Below, in pieces: positions 28,882 through 41,410 of a DNA stretch of 64,000 nt (position 1 is the first letter of the stretch; each line of letters begins with the position of its first letter). Made by a program: the position numbers and the translations under genes. A model generated the notes under the pieces. It did not search any database. It saw only the letters and a list, made by a program, of their open reading frames with translations, and had not been told where the DNA came from. This stretch comes from the human T2T-CHM13v2.0 reference genome, Homo sapiens: NCBI RefSeq assembly GCF_009914755.1, contig NC_060931.1. One strand, given 5' to 3'.

Positions 28882-29229
28882 TACATTAGGTTTAGAATTT
28901 AGTAGTAGATGTTTCTTTCCTTAAGAATGAAGGGCCTTCCTTTTTTTAACTAATTAGAATTATGTAAGGCATTCTTTTCTTTTTTTGTTTTTTCTACTCT
29001 GGCTTTTAAAATTCTCAATCCCACTACAATACCCTACAGTTAACCTACTTCCTTCCTCCTCCACATGGTCTAGAGCTTTTATGAACCAAATGAACCTGCG
29101 CATACACAACGCATACGTGAGTTACCACAAAGCCATTTTGGAAGTCGAAGGAATACAAATATAAACAGCTTAGTCATAAGATGTTTAATAATAAACAATT
29201 AAACCAAGGTTAAAAGCAAACTTAAAATG

Positions 29230-29700
29230 AAAAATACTGAGTTTCCATCACAGCCTAGTACAAGTTCTCCAACTGGCCTTGCTTCCCTCTGACCTCTTGG
29301 CCACTATCACCCCCCGCATCCCCCATCCAGGATGGGCTCTGGCCATCTTCCCATTCCTTGAATACCTCTGTCTCTGGGATTTCAGGAGCTTTCCTGGCCT
29401 GAAACACTTTTTCCCAAGCACTTGATGTGGCCACTCTTCCTCAGCATCCTGGTTTCTTCCACAGGCCTTACCCAACCATCCTTTCCCCATGAGTTCTCTC
29501 CCTAAGATCCGTTTCTCCCCATTCTTAATGTATTCATGGCATCATGGCTGGGGTGGCCTGGCTGCCTCCCCCGCTGCCTCCCTGAGGACAGTCCCCTTGT
29601 CTTTCCTCCTCACTACTGCAGCCCAGTGTCTAGAAGAGGGAGGGCCTGGCTTATCATAGGCACCGAATAAATATTTGTTCCAGCAGAGAATGAATGAATA
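29230..29700 (+). mobile_element. L2 3' end
   Basis: Ends cctggcttatcataggcaccgaataaatatttgtt...gaatgaatgaa. Confidence 0.75.
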
Positions 29701-31831
29701 ATTAAAGGCACTTTTCCCCTAGGTTATACAGAAGAAACCTTATCCTTTCTCCCAGAAGATTGTTTTCGGACTCAGCTATGGGAGAAGAGAGGGAGGCACT
29801 GGAGAAAATGGCTCAGTAAGGGGAATTGCCGAGATGCTCAACCTGGTTTCCCTCAGAGTTGCCCTTTTGTGGGTTTTATATGTAGGGTTCTACTCTGTTT
29901 ATAATAAGGATTTGGCAGCTACAATAAAATGTGAAAAGCAATGATCAACATAACTGATATGCCTGCAAAAGAATCCTGTCTCTAATCAGTACTGAAAATT
30001 GAAATCAAGTTTCTATAAAAAACCTAATCCCAATCATTACATGTTGCAGTCCATAAAGAAGTGGAAAGGTACAAATGGGAAAAAAAAACCCATTCCAAAC
30101 ACATCATTTCCTCTGCATTACCTAGCAGATCATTAACACTGCTTGGAAGCATCACATCCGCCTGTATGATGTCATCTTAATTGGAAGCAAGCATACCTCC
30201 TCACATAAGGATATATATGTTGGATATAATGCTAACATTTTGATGTCTTGATCCCCCATCCTGCCTGTGTTCATATTTCATTTTGTCCCCTTACCAAATG
30301 CCTTCAAAGAAAAACTCTGAAGGAAAAATGAATATACTTCATTTATTTTTAAACTCTGCCAAATCATCTCAGACAGGCAATGGAAAGGAAAAGAGGAAAA
30401 TGCTTGGTGTAATAGAGCCATATTTTTACTGCAGGTCCTCCATTTAATTCTGAGGACCTCTGGCTGCCTTCCTTTCAGAATGCAACCCCATTCAAGTCTT
30501 ACATTATCTTGCCTACTTTCAGCCATTCATTATTGCAGAAGTCACACCACAATGGAATTCTGCCAATATGAGTTTAATGTCACTTTTATATGACCTAACT
30601 GTATACCTTGGCCGTATTCCCATTTGTGAAATGGGAATCAGACCTGAATCTATGGGTCAGCGTGAAGGTTATTTATATTTGGAATCCTTTGTGTAACACT
30701 GAATATTAAGACCACGGGTTTTTAACTGAGACTCCTAAAAACTTGGCCTGTATCTACTGCTCCCCAAATAATGCTGTTTCACGTGACAAGGTTATACTCC
30801 TTCTCGAAGCAGAAGCAGCAATGAAGAGAAAACACCAATCTACGGTTCCACAACAAAGGGCTCTTTCCTTTCTCAATCAATAATTCTGACAAATCTGTTC
30901 TCTACAACTTTACGTGTAAGTGATAAATGATTTGAGGAATGTGTTGATATTAATATGAACTGTCTTCTTTTTCCTCCATGTATGATTAGCATCAATGAAT
31001 TGAATGAATGTGCCACTTGGCAGTTTTAAACAAAGAAGTGGTAAAAAGACATCACCAGAGCCTACAGAGAAATAATGAAAAAGAAACTTTGACCATAAGA
31101 CAAATTGTTCTTCAGAAAGGACCAGAATAGAAACACCAGTTCAAATTAGGGCCAGTTTTATTTAAGAGATGCATTAACCATCTGGAAAACATGATAAGCA
31201 GCATGTTGATTAAATCAGCAGGCTGCTCCAAAGAGGCTGGCTCGCTGGCCACTGGAGAACAAATTTCACGTATAGGGGATGTTTAGAAATAGACATGGAG
31301 AATAAGAAAGCAACAGTGCCAAGGTATAACGTGCTTGGTTGTAATTTATACACTGACATAGCTGCAGGTAGAATAAAGTAGCAGCTAGTCTTTTCACAAG
31401 TGTTCACTGGAGGACATTATAACAAACGCCTCTGGTCTCTATTCTTTTTAGAAATGTATATTTAGTTTACAAGAGCTTCTCTCTTATCCTATTGCCTCTT
31501 CTCTAAAATATAAGAAATACATGCTCTAGGCCAATCGATTTGAAGCTTGAATGTTTTTTTTCACATTCAGTACTAAAAATTGGAATCAAGTTTCTATAAA
31601 AAACTGAATCCCAATCACTATGTATTCCATAAAAATGACAAAGGAAGGGTACAAATGGGACAAAAACCCATGCTTGAGATGCTTGTTAAAAAAGAATACC
31701 TATTTCTGGGCCACACTCCTGAGGTAGGGCCCAGTGATATGTCTTTAATTAACAAGTGCCCCAGCTAACCCAGCGTGGCATCAGTGCTCGTCCTTGGCTT
31801 TTGGGTTGGTCAGTTCAGGAGTCTGTTAAAT

Positions 31832-31850
31832 TGCCACTAGGGGGAGTGTT
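31832..31850 (+). promoter_or_regulatory. Candidate CTCF binding site
   Basis: tgccactagggggagtgtt closely matches the CTCF core CCASYAGRKGGCRS, deviating at the C after GG. Motif only, no occupancy data. Confidence 0.6.
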
Positions 31851-32289
31851 GGCCAAACTTTGCACTTCTGGCAAAGGGAGGGTGCTGCTGACCACTTCCA
31901 GAAAGCAGCTCAGATTCAGGGAGAGAAAGGACAGAGAAAGGAAAGAGCAAGAGAAATCCGTGTCCCTGGATAGGTAACACCAATAGGAGTTTCTGGTAGG
32001 GATTCAGGCACCTGGTGATGAACAGCTGACATCTTAGAGATTAATGATAAAAGACCCAGTGATGGAAACACGAAATAAAAAAGAATTCAGGCTTTGGAAA
32101 GAGAATGCAACCTAGCTAATATCTTCTCCCTCCACCTCTCATTCATGCCCCTTTCAGGGAAATGGAAAGTAAACAAACTAACCAGGGAACATCAGGATTT
32201 GGTGGCATCCTCAGTCTCAATATATTATGCAGGCATGATTTTTGTATGTGCTTTGCCTGTTATTATAACCCTTCCATTATGTTTATATT

Positions 32290-33800
32290 AAATTTTTGTT
32301 TTAGTAAGTTTATTATCTAATTATAGAAATATTACCTTCCAATTGAGTAATATTAGAAAGAAATATAAAAATAAAAGGAAGAAGTTAAAAATCACTTGTA
32401 ATCCTTACACTGCAATAATGAGTGTTAACATTGTGGTGCAGAGTCTTCCAGAATTATTTTTAAGTTTATAATTCCATGCTTTTTTTTCTAGATGAAATCA
32501 TTCTATTGGTTTTATTTCTCCCCACAACCATTAATATCATCAGCTCACTCCAATGACATGAGTCTTCCTAAAGTCTCTCTTAAAATATCAAAGAATATTT
32601 ATTCTGCACTTCTGATTTTCTTAGGATAAAGTCTTTGACTTGGAATAGAAGGATAAATATCACAGAAAATTTTAAGTTCTTAATATATATTGCCATTTTC
32701 AGAAAGACTGTACTAATCTATACTTCAACTGGCAAAGTATGACACTTTGCTTTATGAGCAATGTATATATTTTATCCCAAATATATTATTCACAGATAGC
32801 CCATAGTTATTTTGTTTGTGCAGGCATGCGTGTCTGGGTGTACTAATTGAGCTTTGTAAAGCACACTGGCATATTGCCACCCATTAAATTCATTAATAAT
32901 ATTTTAATCAGCTCTATGTCTCTATGTCATTTTCAATTAAATTTTGTTAATTCTTACATTTTCTCTACATTTTATTTGATAGATTGTCAATGTCAATTGT
33001 CAATTATTTCTATTAAATAATTGCCTTAACAGAAATAGTTCTTAGATTCATTTATTGATTCTATTATTTCTTTTATTTTCTAGTTTATTGCCTTGCATTA
33101 TCTTTCCTTTTGTATTCTTTGGGTGCTTTTGTTGTTATTTTCTAAAATGAGTTATATCCTGAGTTCACTTGTTTTCATTCTTTCTATATAAATAATTAAA
33201 AAAAATAATTTTGGGGCTACAAATATACTATTTGAGGGCAGCTTTGGCTATATCCCATAAGTTTTGGCATGTGATGTTCTCACTGTCATCATTTTTGTAA
33301 TCTTTAGTAGTAGTTTAGATTTCCTCTTTGGTTCAGTGGTTATTTAAAAGCCTTTGAGAATTTATTGAGGATCTTTAGCCATGTAAGTGATGCATTTTTG
33401 AAAAAGTTGCATGGATACTGAAAAATAAGGCATACTCTCAGTGGAGGGTATCAATTCAGTATGTACCTACCTAGTAGTTGACATGTTAATTATATTATTA
33501 AAGTATTCTATATATTATATTTTAACATAATACAGTTACCATGTAAAGACATGCCATCACAGCTATATTTAAAGGTATCAATTCAATATGTACCTATTAG
33601 TTGACACATTAATTATATTATTGAAGTATTCTATAGATTATATTTTAACATACTAGAGTAATAGTGTAATGAATGTCAGTCCAGCTATATTTTTATTCAT
33701 TTCTTCTTGCATTTCTAGCTTTTTCTCATATTTGGGTGATAATGATATGTGGTGAATTCAATATTCATGATATTGTATATTGTTTTTCAACCCAATTTAA
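32290..33800 (-). mobile_element. Old L1M fragments (AT-rich)
   Basis: cagaaagactgtactaatctatacttc, cagctttggctatatcccataagttttggcatgtgatgttctcactgtcatc and related antisense L1 motifs. Confidence 0.7.
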
Positions 33801-34469
33801 GATCTGTGTCATTTCACAGGAAGTTTAACTCAGTATGTTTACAGCCACAATTGCTTCCCCCCACTTGCATCACTTCCCTAGTTTTATGCCTTAAGTTGGT
33901 GCACATCAGAATTGATTGAGGAAGCTGCTGGTGGTGGTATATGTGTGTAGTATGTGGTGGGGGTGTGGGGTAGGAGGTGTGTGTGCTGTTTAAAAACACA
34001 CTTGCTTAAGCCTCACTTGAAATTCTGGCTTAGAAAGTCTGGGATGATCCTGGGGCTGGGTCTTAATTTTTAAAAGACTCAAAAGGTGGCTACATCTAGT
34101 AAAGGATGAAAATCACTGCTTTAAATATTTCCAAAACAAACTCTAAATAAATCATATTTCTTTAATAATTAAAGTCAAGAGTAAAACATTCCCTTTATGA
34201 ACCCCTTTAGTCGCTTCCCTGTTGTTCATATTATTGTAAGGGGTTTTATTTTTATTAATATTTTAACAAGATTTCTATTTTTCAAGAATTTACTTTGATG
34301 GTTAAATAAAATTATTATAAAAGTCAAACTATACCGATAGTAAAAATATGTACTAAAGAATACTATACTAAAAATAAAACTCTTCTTCTGGATTCTCCAG
34401 TCTCATTCTCCATCATTATCCACTCTTGATAGCATTGTATTCATTTTTCAGGCTCTCCTTATATATGTA

Positions 34470-34509
34470 AACACACACACAAACACACACACAAATACAT
34501 TCATACACT

Positions 34510-34556
<47 letters not shown>
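34470..34556. repeat. Compound (CA)n microsatellite
   Basis: Interrupted ca runs followed by a pure run of about 20 units starting at 34512. Confidence 0.95.
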
Positions 34557-34557
<1 letters not shown>

Positions 34558-36389
34558 CAAGGATCATATGCTGAATGCTGTCCTAATACCTTCTTTGTTC
34601 CATGAATTATTTCTTGGTAATCTTCCTCTGTCCAATACACACACATGCACGGCATTCTATACAATAAAATCATATTACACAATTTATCCAGATGCAGCTG
34701 AGCAGCAGACATGATAACCTGGTTGGGAAAACCATGCCAGTGTGGAGTGTGCTTTTTCTAAATGTGGTAGCCACAAAACAGTGGACTGCAACTTAGTCCA
34801 CTGGAGGCTTCCCACTCTGTGGTTAACTAGCTAATGTTGCTTACAATCTTATAAGCTTTTCACTGTTTTCTAAGATCCCTGAGAGCAAAAGCTGGATTGT
34901 ATTCTTTTTGAATTCCTTCCATGTCCCTGGCACATTACTAGGCATGTAGTATACACTTGATAAAGGTTTTGTTGAATCACTGAATACTGGTGACAAGTGA
35001 CAAAATGACCACACTTTTACCACTCTTCTGAAATAAGAGCACAATAGCTTCCTGTCTTCTCTTTTCCTCAATGCAAGAACAAAACACAAAACCTGAGTTA
35101 CTTAGGTATGTGGTTGTGCAATGTCAGAGCTGGCCACTCAGTCTGAAACTCCTGATTCTCCAGAGTGGGATTAGGAAAAAACATGGCATTCAGAAGAACA
35201 TCGACGCACAGGATAAGGCTGCTCACATGAGGGAGACATGAGGGGAGAGGCCAGGAGCCTTGCCATTCCAGCTACCTGGTACCTGACAGAGCTGGACATC
35301 AGAATGACACACCATCCTCACTGCCATTGCCAAGGAGATGGGCCCACCCTTGGGAGATGTTCTCCCTGCAACTGTGGAAACCCAGGTATGGAGGCCTCAC
35401 TGGTGAAGTTGTGTGTATGAATCATTACAACTTGAAGGGAGCTTGGAAAGGACTACCTGGAGAAGTCTTCTTTAGCAAAGAACGAAAGGTCTAGAAACAC
35501 TGAGTTTCACCAAACATTAAGAGGATAATTATCTACAAGTACTTAACAGGCCTTACCACCAAGGTGAGGCATGAACTGTTCAAGGTGCTTTGTGGAGGCG
35601 AGAGAAAGTTTTGGCAGGTGGTGATAATTAAATTAAATTGAGAAAAATTATGTTTCAGCTGGGCATACAGGGAAGCCTCCCTTTGAAAGAGGTCTATTAA
35701 ACAACCATCCCAAAGGATACACTTAAGTCATTTAAAGTCAAACTGAGCTTGTTATTTGAAGACATAAGAAAAGAAATCATTTTAAATGGGGGAACAGGAG
35801 GAGTCAAGGGAGGAAGTAGCTGACTTAATTCGTTACATTTTTTTCTGTTGGTTTGAAGGGTTGTAAACATTACACTTCCATCTCTCCCTGGGAAGGAAAG
35901 ATCATCCAGATTCCACTGATTCAGAAAAGCAGTATTACCAAGAGATCTAAGCCTGGCGTTATTTACTCACTAAATTTACTCTTTGAAATGTGTTTGGTCA
36001 GCTGTGCTTGGCCTCTGTGACTAGCGGTATTTGTCCAGAGGCTAATTAGCTCAAAGGGTAAAAAGATCAGTGAGTTAATCCATAATCTCGAGTGACTGAT
36101 GAAACCTAACTGCCAACTGGTGTCGGAGCGGGTCCTTTTCTAAAAAAGGGATTAATAGGACATGCTAGCTATTCTCAAATATTAACTTTTCCAAGAATAA
36201 GACAGGATAAAACAAGAGAAAAGACAAGCAGAGATTTTTTTTAAACCTCTCTAACATTTGTAAGGTAATTTCACAAATAAAACTTCTAGAATTCCAGGGG
36301 ACCATGCGGGCTTTCTTTCTTGCTGTGTGATTCATGGGTCTGGGGTGCTCTCAGGCAGTGGTTGCTTTCTGGCCCCCCAACAATGGCAA

Positions 36390-36590
36390 TGAACGTTTCA
36401 TTGTCGAGCACTTATTATGTGCCGAGCACCAAGAGTTTTACATGTTATTAATTCACTTGGTCCTCCAAGTAATCTAAGAAGCAGGTATTATTATTCTATT
36501 TTACAAGAGACACCATTAGGGCCAGAGGTCACACAGCTAATGGGACTTAAACCCAAGAGCTCTGGCTTCAGTCTTTGACCTTAATTGCTC
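36390..36590 (-). mobile_element. MIR SINE
   Basis: gagcacttattatgtgccgagcac...aggtattattattctattttaca...aggtcacacagcta. Confidence 0.75.
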
Positions 36591-36721
36591 TTACGGGAAG
36601 GAGATAACAACTCGTATCCTGATGACCCATGCCATGTCGCAATTTCAAAACACAGCTAGAAGAAACAGAAGTCCCTGGGCTTTGGAAAGTCCATGAAAAG
36701 AATCTGTGCTTTTGAGTGCAC

Positions 36722-37460
<739 letters not shown>

Positions 37461-37893
37461 TGCATCAAGGTTTCTAAGCAGGCTTAAATGTCCACTTGAG
37501 TGGTACAACCCAATCCGTGAAGCCAGAGCATGGTGCAGGCTCCCATCCATCCTACAGGTACATCAGGATAAAGGCCAGCCTTCTGCCTCCTGGAGCGAGA
37601 CTGCTGTTCTTTTTCTCCCCTAGCTGGCTAATCAGTAGTGCCAGTACAGGGAAAATTTTTCTGATCTATATAACTGAGGCCTGACATTTAGGAGACTGTG
37701 TTTTAACAATGTCCCATTAGGGCCCTATGTCTCTATCAGCTACCATCTAAGTTGCAGAGCAATAGACTGAGTGAGGGCTGAGATGCCCACATAGGCCTCA
37801 ATTTGCTCCATGAGAAGGAAACAAGTTCCAGTCCATCATTAGGATGGTCTTGAACTATGGAAGCCACATTCATGATCCTGTCTTCTAAGGCAG

Positions 37894-39436
37894 TGAGAGG
37901 TGACAGCGTGCTGGCAGTCCTCACAGCCCTCGCTCGCTCTCGGTGACTCCTCTGCCTGGGCTCCCACTTTGGCGGCACTTGAGAAGCCCTTCAGCCCACC
38001 GCTGCAGTGTGGGAGCCCGTTTCTGGGCTGGCCAAGGCCGGAGACAGCTCCCTCGGCTTGCAGGGAGGTGTGGAGGGAGAGGCGCGAGCGGGAACCGGGG
38101 CTGCGCGCGGCGCTTGCGAGCCAGCTGGAGTTCCAGATGGGCGTGGTCTTGGCGGCCCGCACTCGGAGCAGCCGGCCCTGCCGTTGCCGAGCAATGAGGG
38201 GCTTAGCACCCGGGCCAGCGGCTGCAGAGGGTGTACTGGGTCCCCCAGCAGTGCCAGCCCACCGGCGCTGAGCTCAATTTCTCACTGGGCCTTAGCTGCC
38301 TTCCCGCGGGGCAGGGCTCGGGACCTGCAGCCCGCCATGCCTGAGCCTCCCCCCCACTCCGTGGGCTCCTGTGCGTCTGGAGCCTCCCTGATGAGCGCCG
38401 CCCCCTGTTCCACTGCGCCCAGTCCCATCGACCACCCAAGGGCTGAGGAGTGTGGGCGCACAGCGCAGGACTGGCAGGCAGCTCCACCTGCAGCCCCGGT
38501 GTGGTATCCACTGGGTGAAGCCAGCTGGGCTCCTGAGTCTGGTGGGGATGTGGAGAACCTTTATGTCTAGCTCAGGGATGGTAAATACACCAATCAGCAC
38601 CCTGTGTTTAGCTCAAGGTTTGTGAGTGCACCAATCGACACTCTGTATCTAGCTGCTGTGGTGGGGATGTGGAGAACCTTTATGTCTAGCTCAGGGATTG
38701 TAAATACACCAATCGGCACTCTGTATCTAGCTCAAGGTTTGTAAGCACACCAATCAGCACCCTGTGTCTAGCTCAGGGTTTGTGAATGCACCAATCGACA
38801 CTCTGTATCTAGCTACTCTGGTGGGGCCTTGGAGAACCTTTGTGTCCACACTCTGTATCTAGCTAATCTGGTGGGGAGGTGGAGGACCTTTGTATCTAGC
38901 TCAGGGATTGTAAACGCACCAATCAGCGCCCTGTCAAAACAGACCACTCGGCTCTACCAATCAGCAGGACATGGGTGGGGCCAGATAAGAGAATAAAAGC
39001 AGGCTGCCCGAGCCAGCAGTGGCAACCCGCTCGGGTCCCCTTCCACACTGGGGAAGCTTTGTTCTTTCGCTCTTTGCAATAAGTCTTGCTACTGCTCACT
39101 CTTTAGGTCCACACTGCTTTTATGAGCTGTAACACTCACCGCGAAGGTCTGCAGCTTCACTCCTGAAGCCAGCGAGACCATGAGCCCACCGGGAAGAATG
39201 AACAACTCCAGAAGCGCCACCTTAAGAGCTGTAACACTCACTGCGAACGTCTGCAACTTCACTCCTGAGCCAGCGAGACCATGAACCCACCAGAAGGAAG
39301 AAACTCTGAACACATCTGAACATCAGAAGGAACAAACTCCAGACGCGCCACCTTAAGAGATGTGACACTCACTGCGAAGGTCCACGGCTTCATTCTTGAA
39401 GTCAGTAAGACCAAGAACCCACCAATTCCGGACACA
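37894..39436 (+). mobile_element. Solo LTR12C (ERV9/HERV9 LTR), 1543 bp
   Basis: Canonical termini tgagaggtgacagcgtgctggc ... ccaattccggacaca; perfect 4-bp TSD gcag (37890-37893 and 39437-39440); CpG-rich 5' U3; tandem CCAAT-containing U3 repeats; three U5 repeats; no internal ERV sequence follows. Confidence 0.97.
38540..39030 (+). promoter_or_regulatory. LTR12C U3 enhancer/promoter: NF-Y array, GATA and TATA-like box
   Basis: CCAAT at 38590, 38631, 38709, 38750, 38791, 38919 and 38957, then agataa and aataaaa (about 38983-38998). ERV9 LTRs are established NF-Y-dependent promoters initiating about 25-30 nt after this box. Confidence 0.85.
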
Positions 39437-39493
39437 GCAGTGATTTCCCCACTCCCTATTTTAAAAACTATATGTATCGCTCAGACATTTTTA

Positions 39494-40266
<773 letters not shown>

Positions 40267-40332
40267 TCAAAAATACACGAATAATCTCTTCTCGAATAGT
40301 TGGAAATTGTTATCAATATTTTCCTCCTTGAA

Positions 40333-40548
40333 TAGGGGTCAATAGGATTTATGTAAAAGCCGAAATACTAAATATTTTAGGCTTTCTAGGTAGTCTCTGT
40401 CACAGCTACTTAACTGTGCCACTGTAGTATGAAGGAAGCCACAGACACTACACAGAAAAATGGGCACAGATGTGTCCCAATAAAATGTATTTACAAGTCC
40501 AGGGAGTGGGCCATATTTGGCCCACAGGCCATCATCCACTAATGCCTG
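40333..40548 (+). mobile_element. MER58A (hAT-Charlie)
   Basis: aggggtc...taaatattttaggcttt...tctctgtcacagctacttaactgtgccactgtag...ccaataaaa...atttggcccacaggcca. Confidence 0.88.
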
Positions 40549-41279
40549 ACCTAGAACCAAAACTCCCATTTTACTTCCCATTTTCCCCACTCTACCTCAA
40601 TTCTACTCATACAGAATTTTATCATAATGGAATTTTATGCTTAAAAGTCTTTTATTATCATCCTATCATACTTCTCTGAAACAAAAACACGTACATACAC
40701 ACTGAAATCTAACTTAAAAAATACTTCCTGTGAACAGAAGGTGCTAATAAAACTTTTCTTCTCGATTGAGCTTAACAGCATAATTATTATTAGTATAAAC
40801 TAATTAAAACGAGACTTTATTACAAATTTTGATACATAATTTCCAAACCCAAGAGAAGTATCCCATTGGGAACGCATCTCTTAACGTGACAGGGACCCAC
40901 TTATGGTTCCTTATTTAAAAGATAAGTCACAAGTCCTTTTGTTTGGCTCTCAGAGAAGGTTTATATACTTTGAGCAACACATCATAGTAAGACCTGATGG
41001 AGGTGAGCAGGGGCCTTTCTTTTATCAAGAGGGAGAACAGTGGTTGGGAAAAGTTGGTGTGAAAGCCACAGGTGCAGTTGCAAGATGATCAGTTTTAATG
41101 TACGTGTGGAAGCTGAGAATCTGAAAATGGATTATTGTAAGGCTAATTATCCATGCCTTCCTTTCCCTTGAAAAGTCTTCACACCATTCAGGAGAATGAG
41201 CACCCAGGTTGAAGATTACTTTTCCAGTGTATTAGCTATAGATCTACCTACAGTTGGTGTTGAAATGGAGGCACCTGAC

Positions 41280-41410
41280 CTCAGTAAAAACGTGGGCTTG
41301 GGAATCAAGACACACTTGGATTTGAACTTCACTCTGCCACTTACTAACCGGATAATAAGCTAACTCTCTTTGTGTCTGTTTCCTTATCTATAAAAGGGGA
41401 TAAAATGCCT
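41280..41410 (+). mobile_element. MIR SINE
   Basis: gggcttgggaatcaagacacacttggatttgaacttcactctgccacttacta...tgtttccttatctataaaagggga. Confidence 0.75.

Noticed and set aside
37900-38600. Overlapping 100-187 aa ORFs and an apparent CpG island
   Set aside because: All lie in the GC-rich U3 of LTR12C, where stop codons are rare. This is not a gene-associated CpG island.
38540-39410. Tandem repeats inside the LTR as a novel array
   Set aside because: These are the known U3 enhancer repeats and U5 repeats of ERV9/LTR12.
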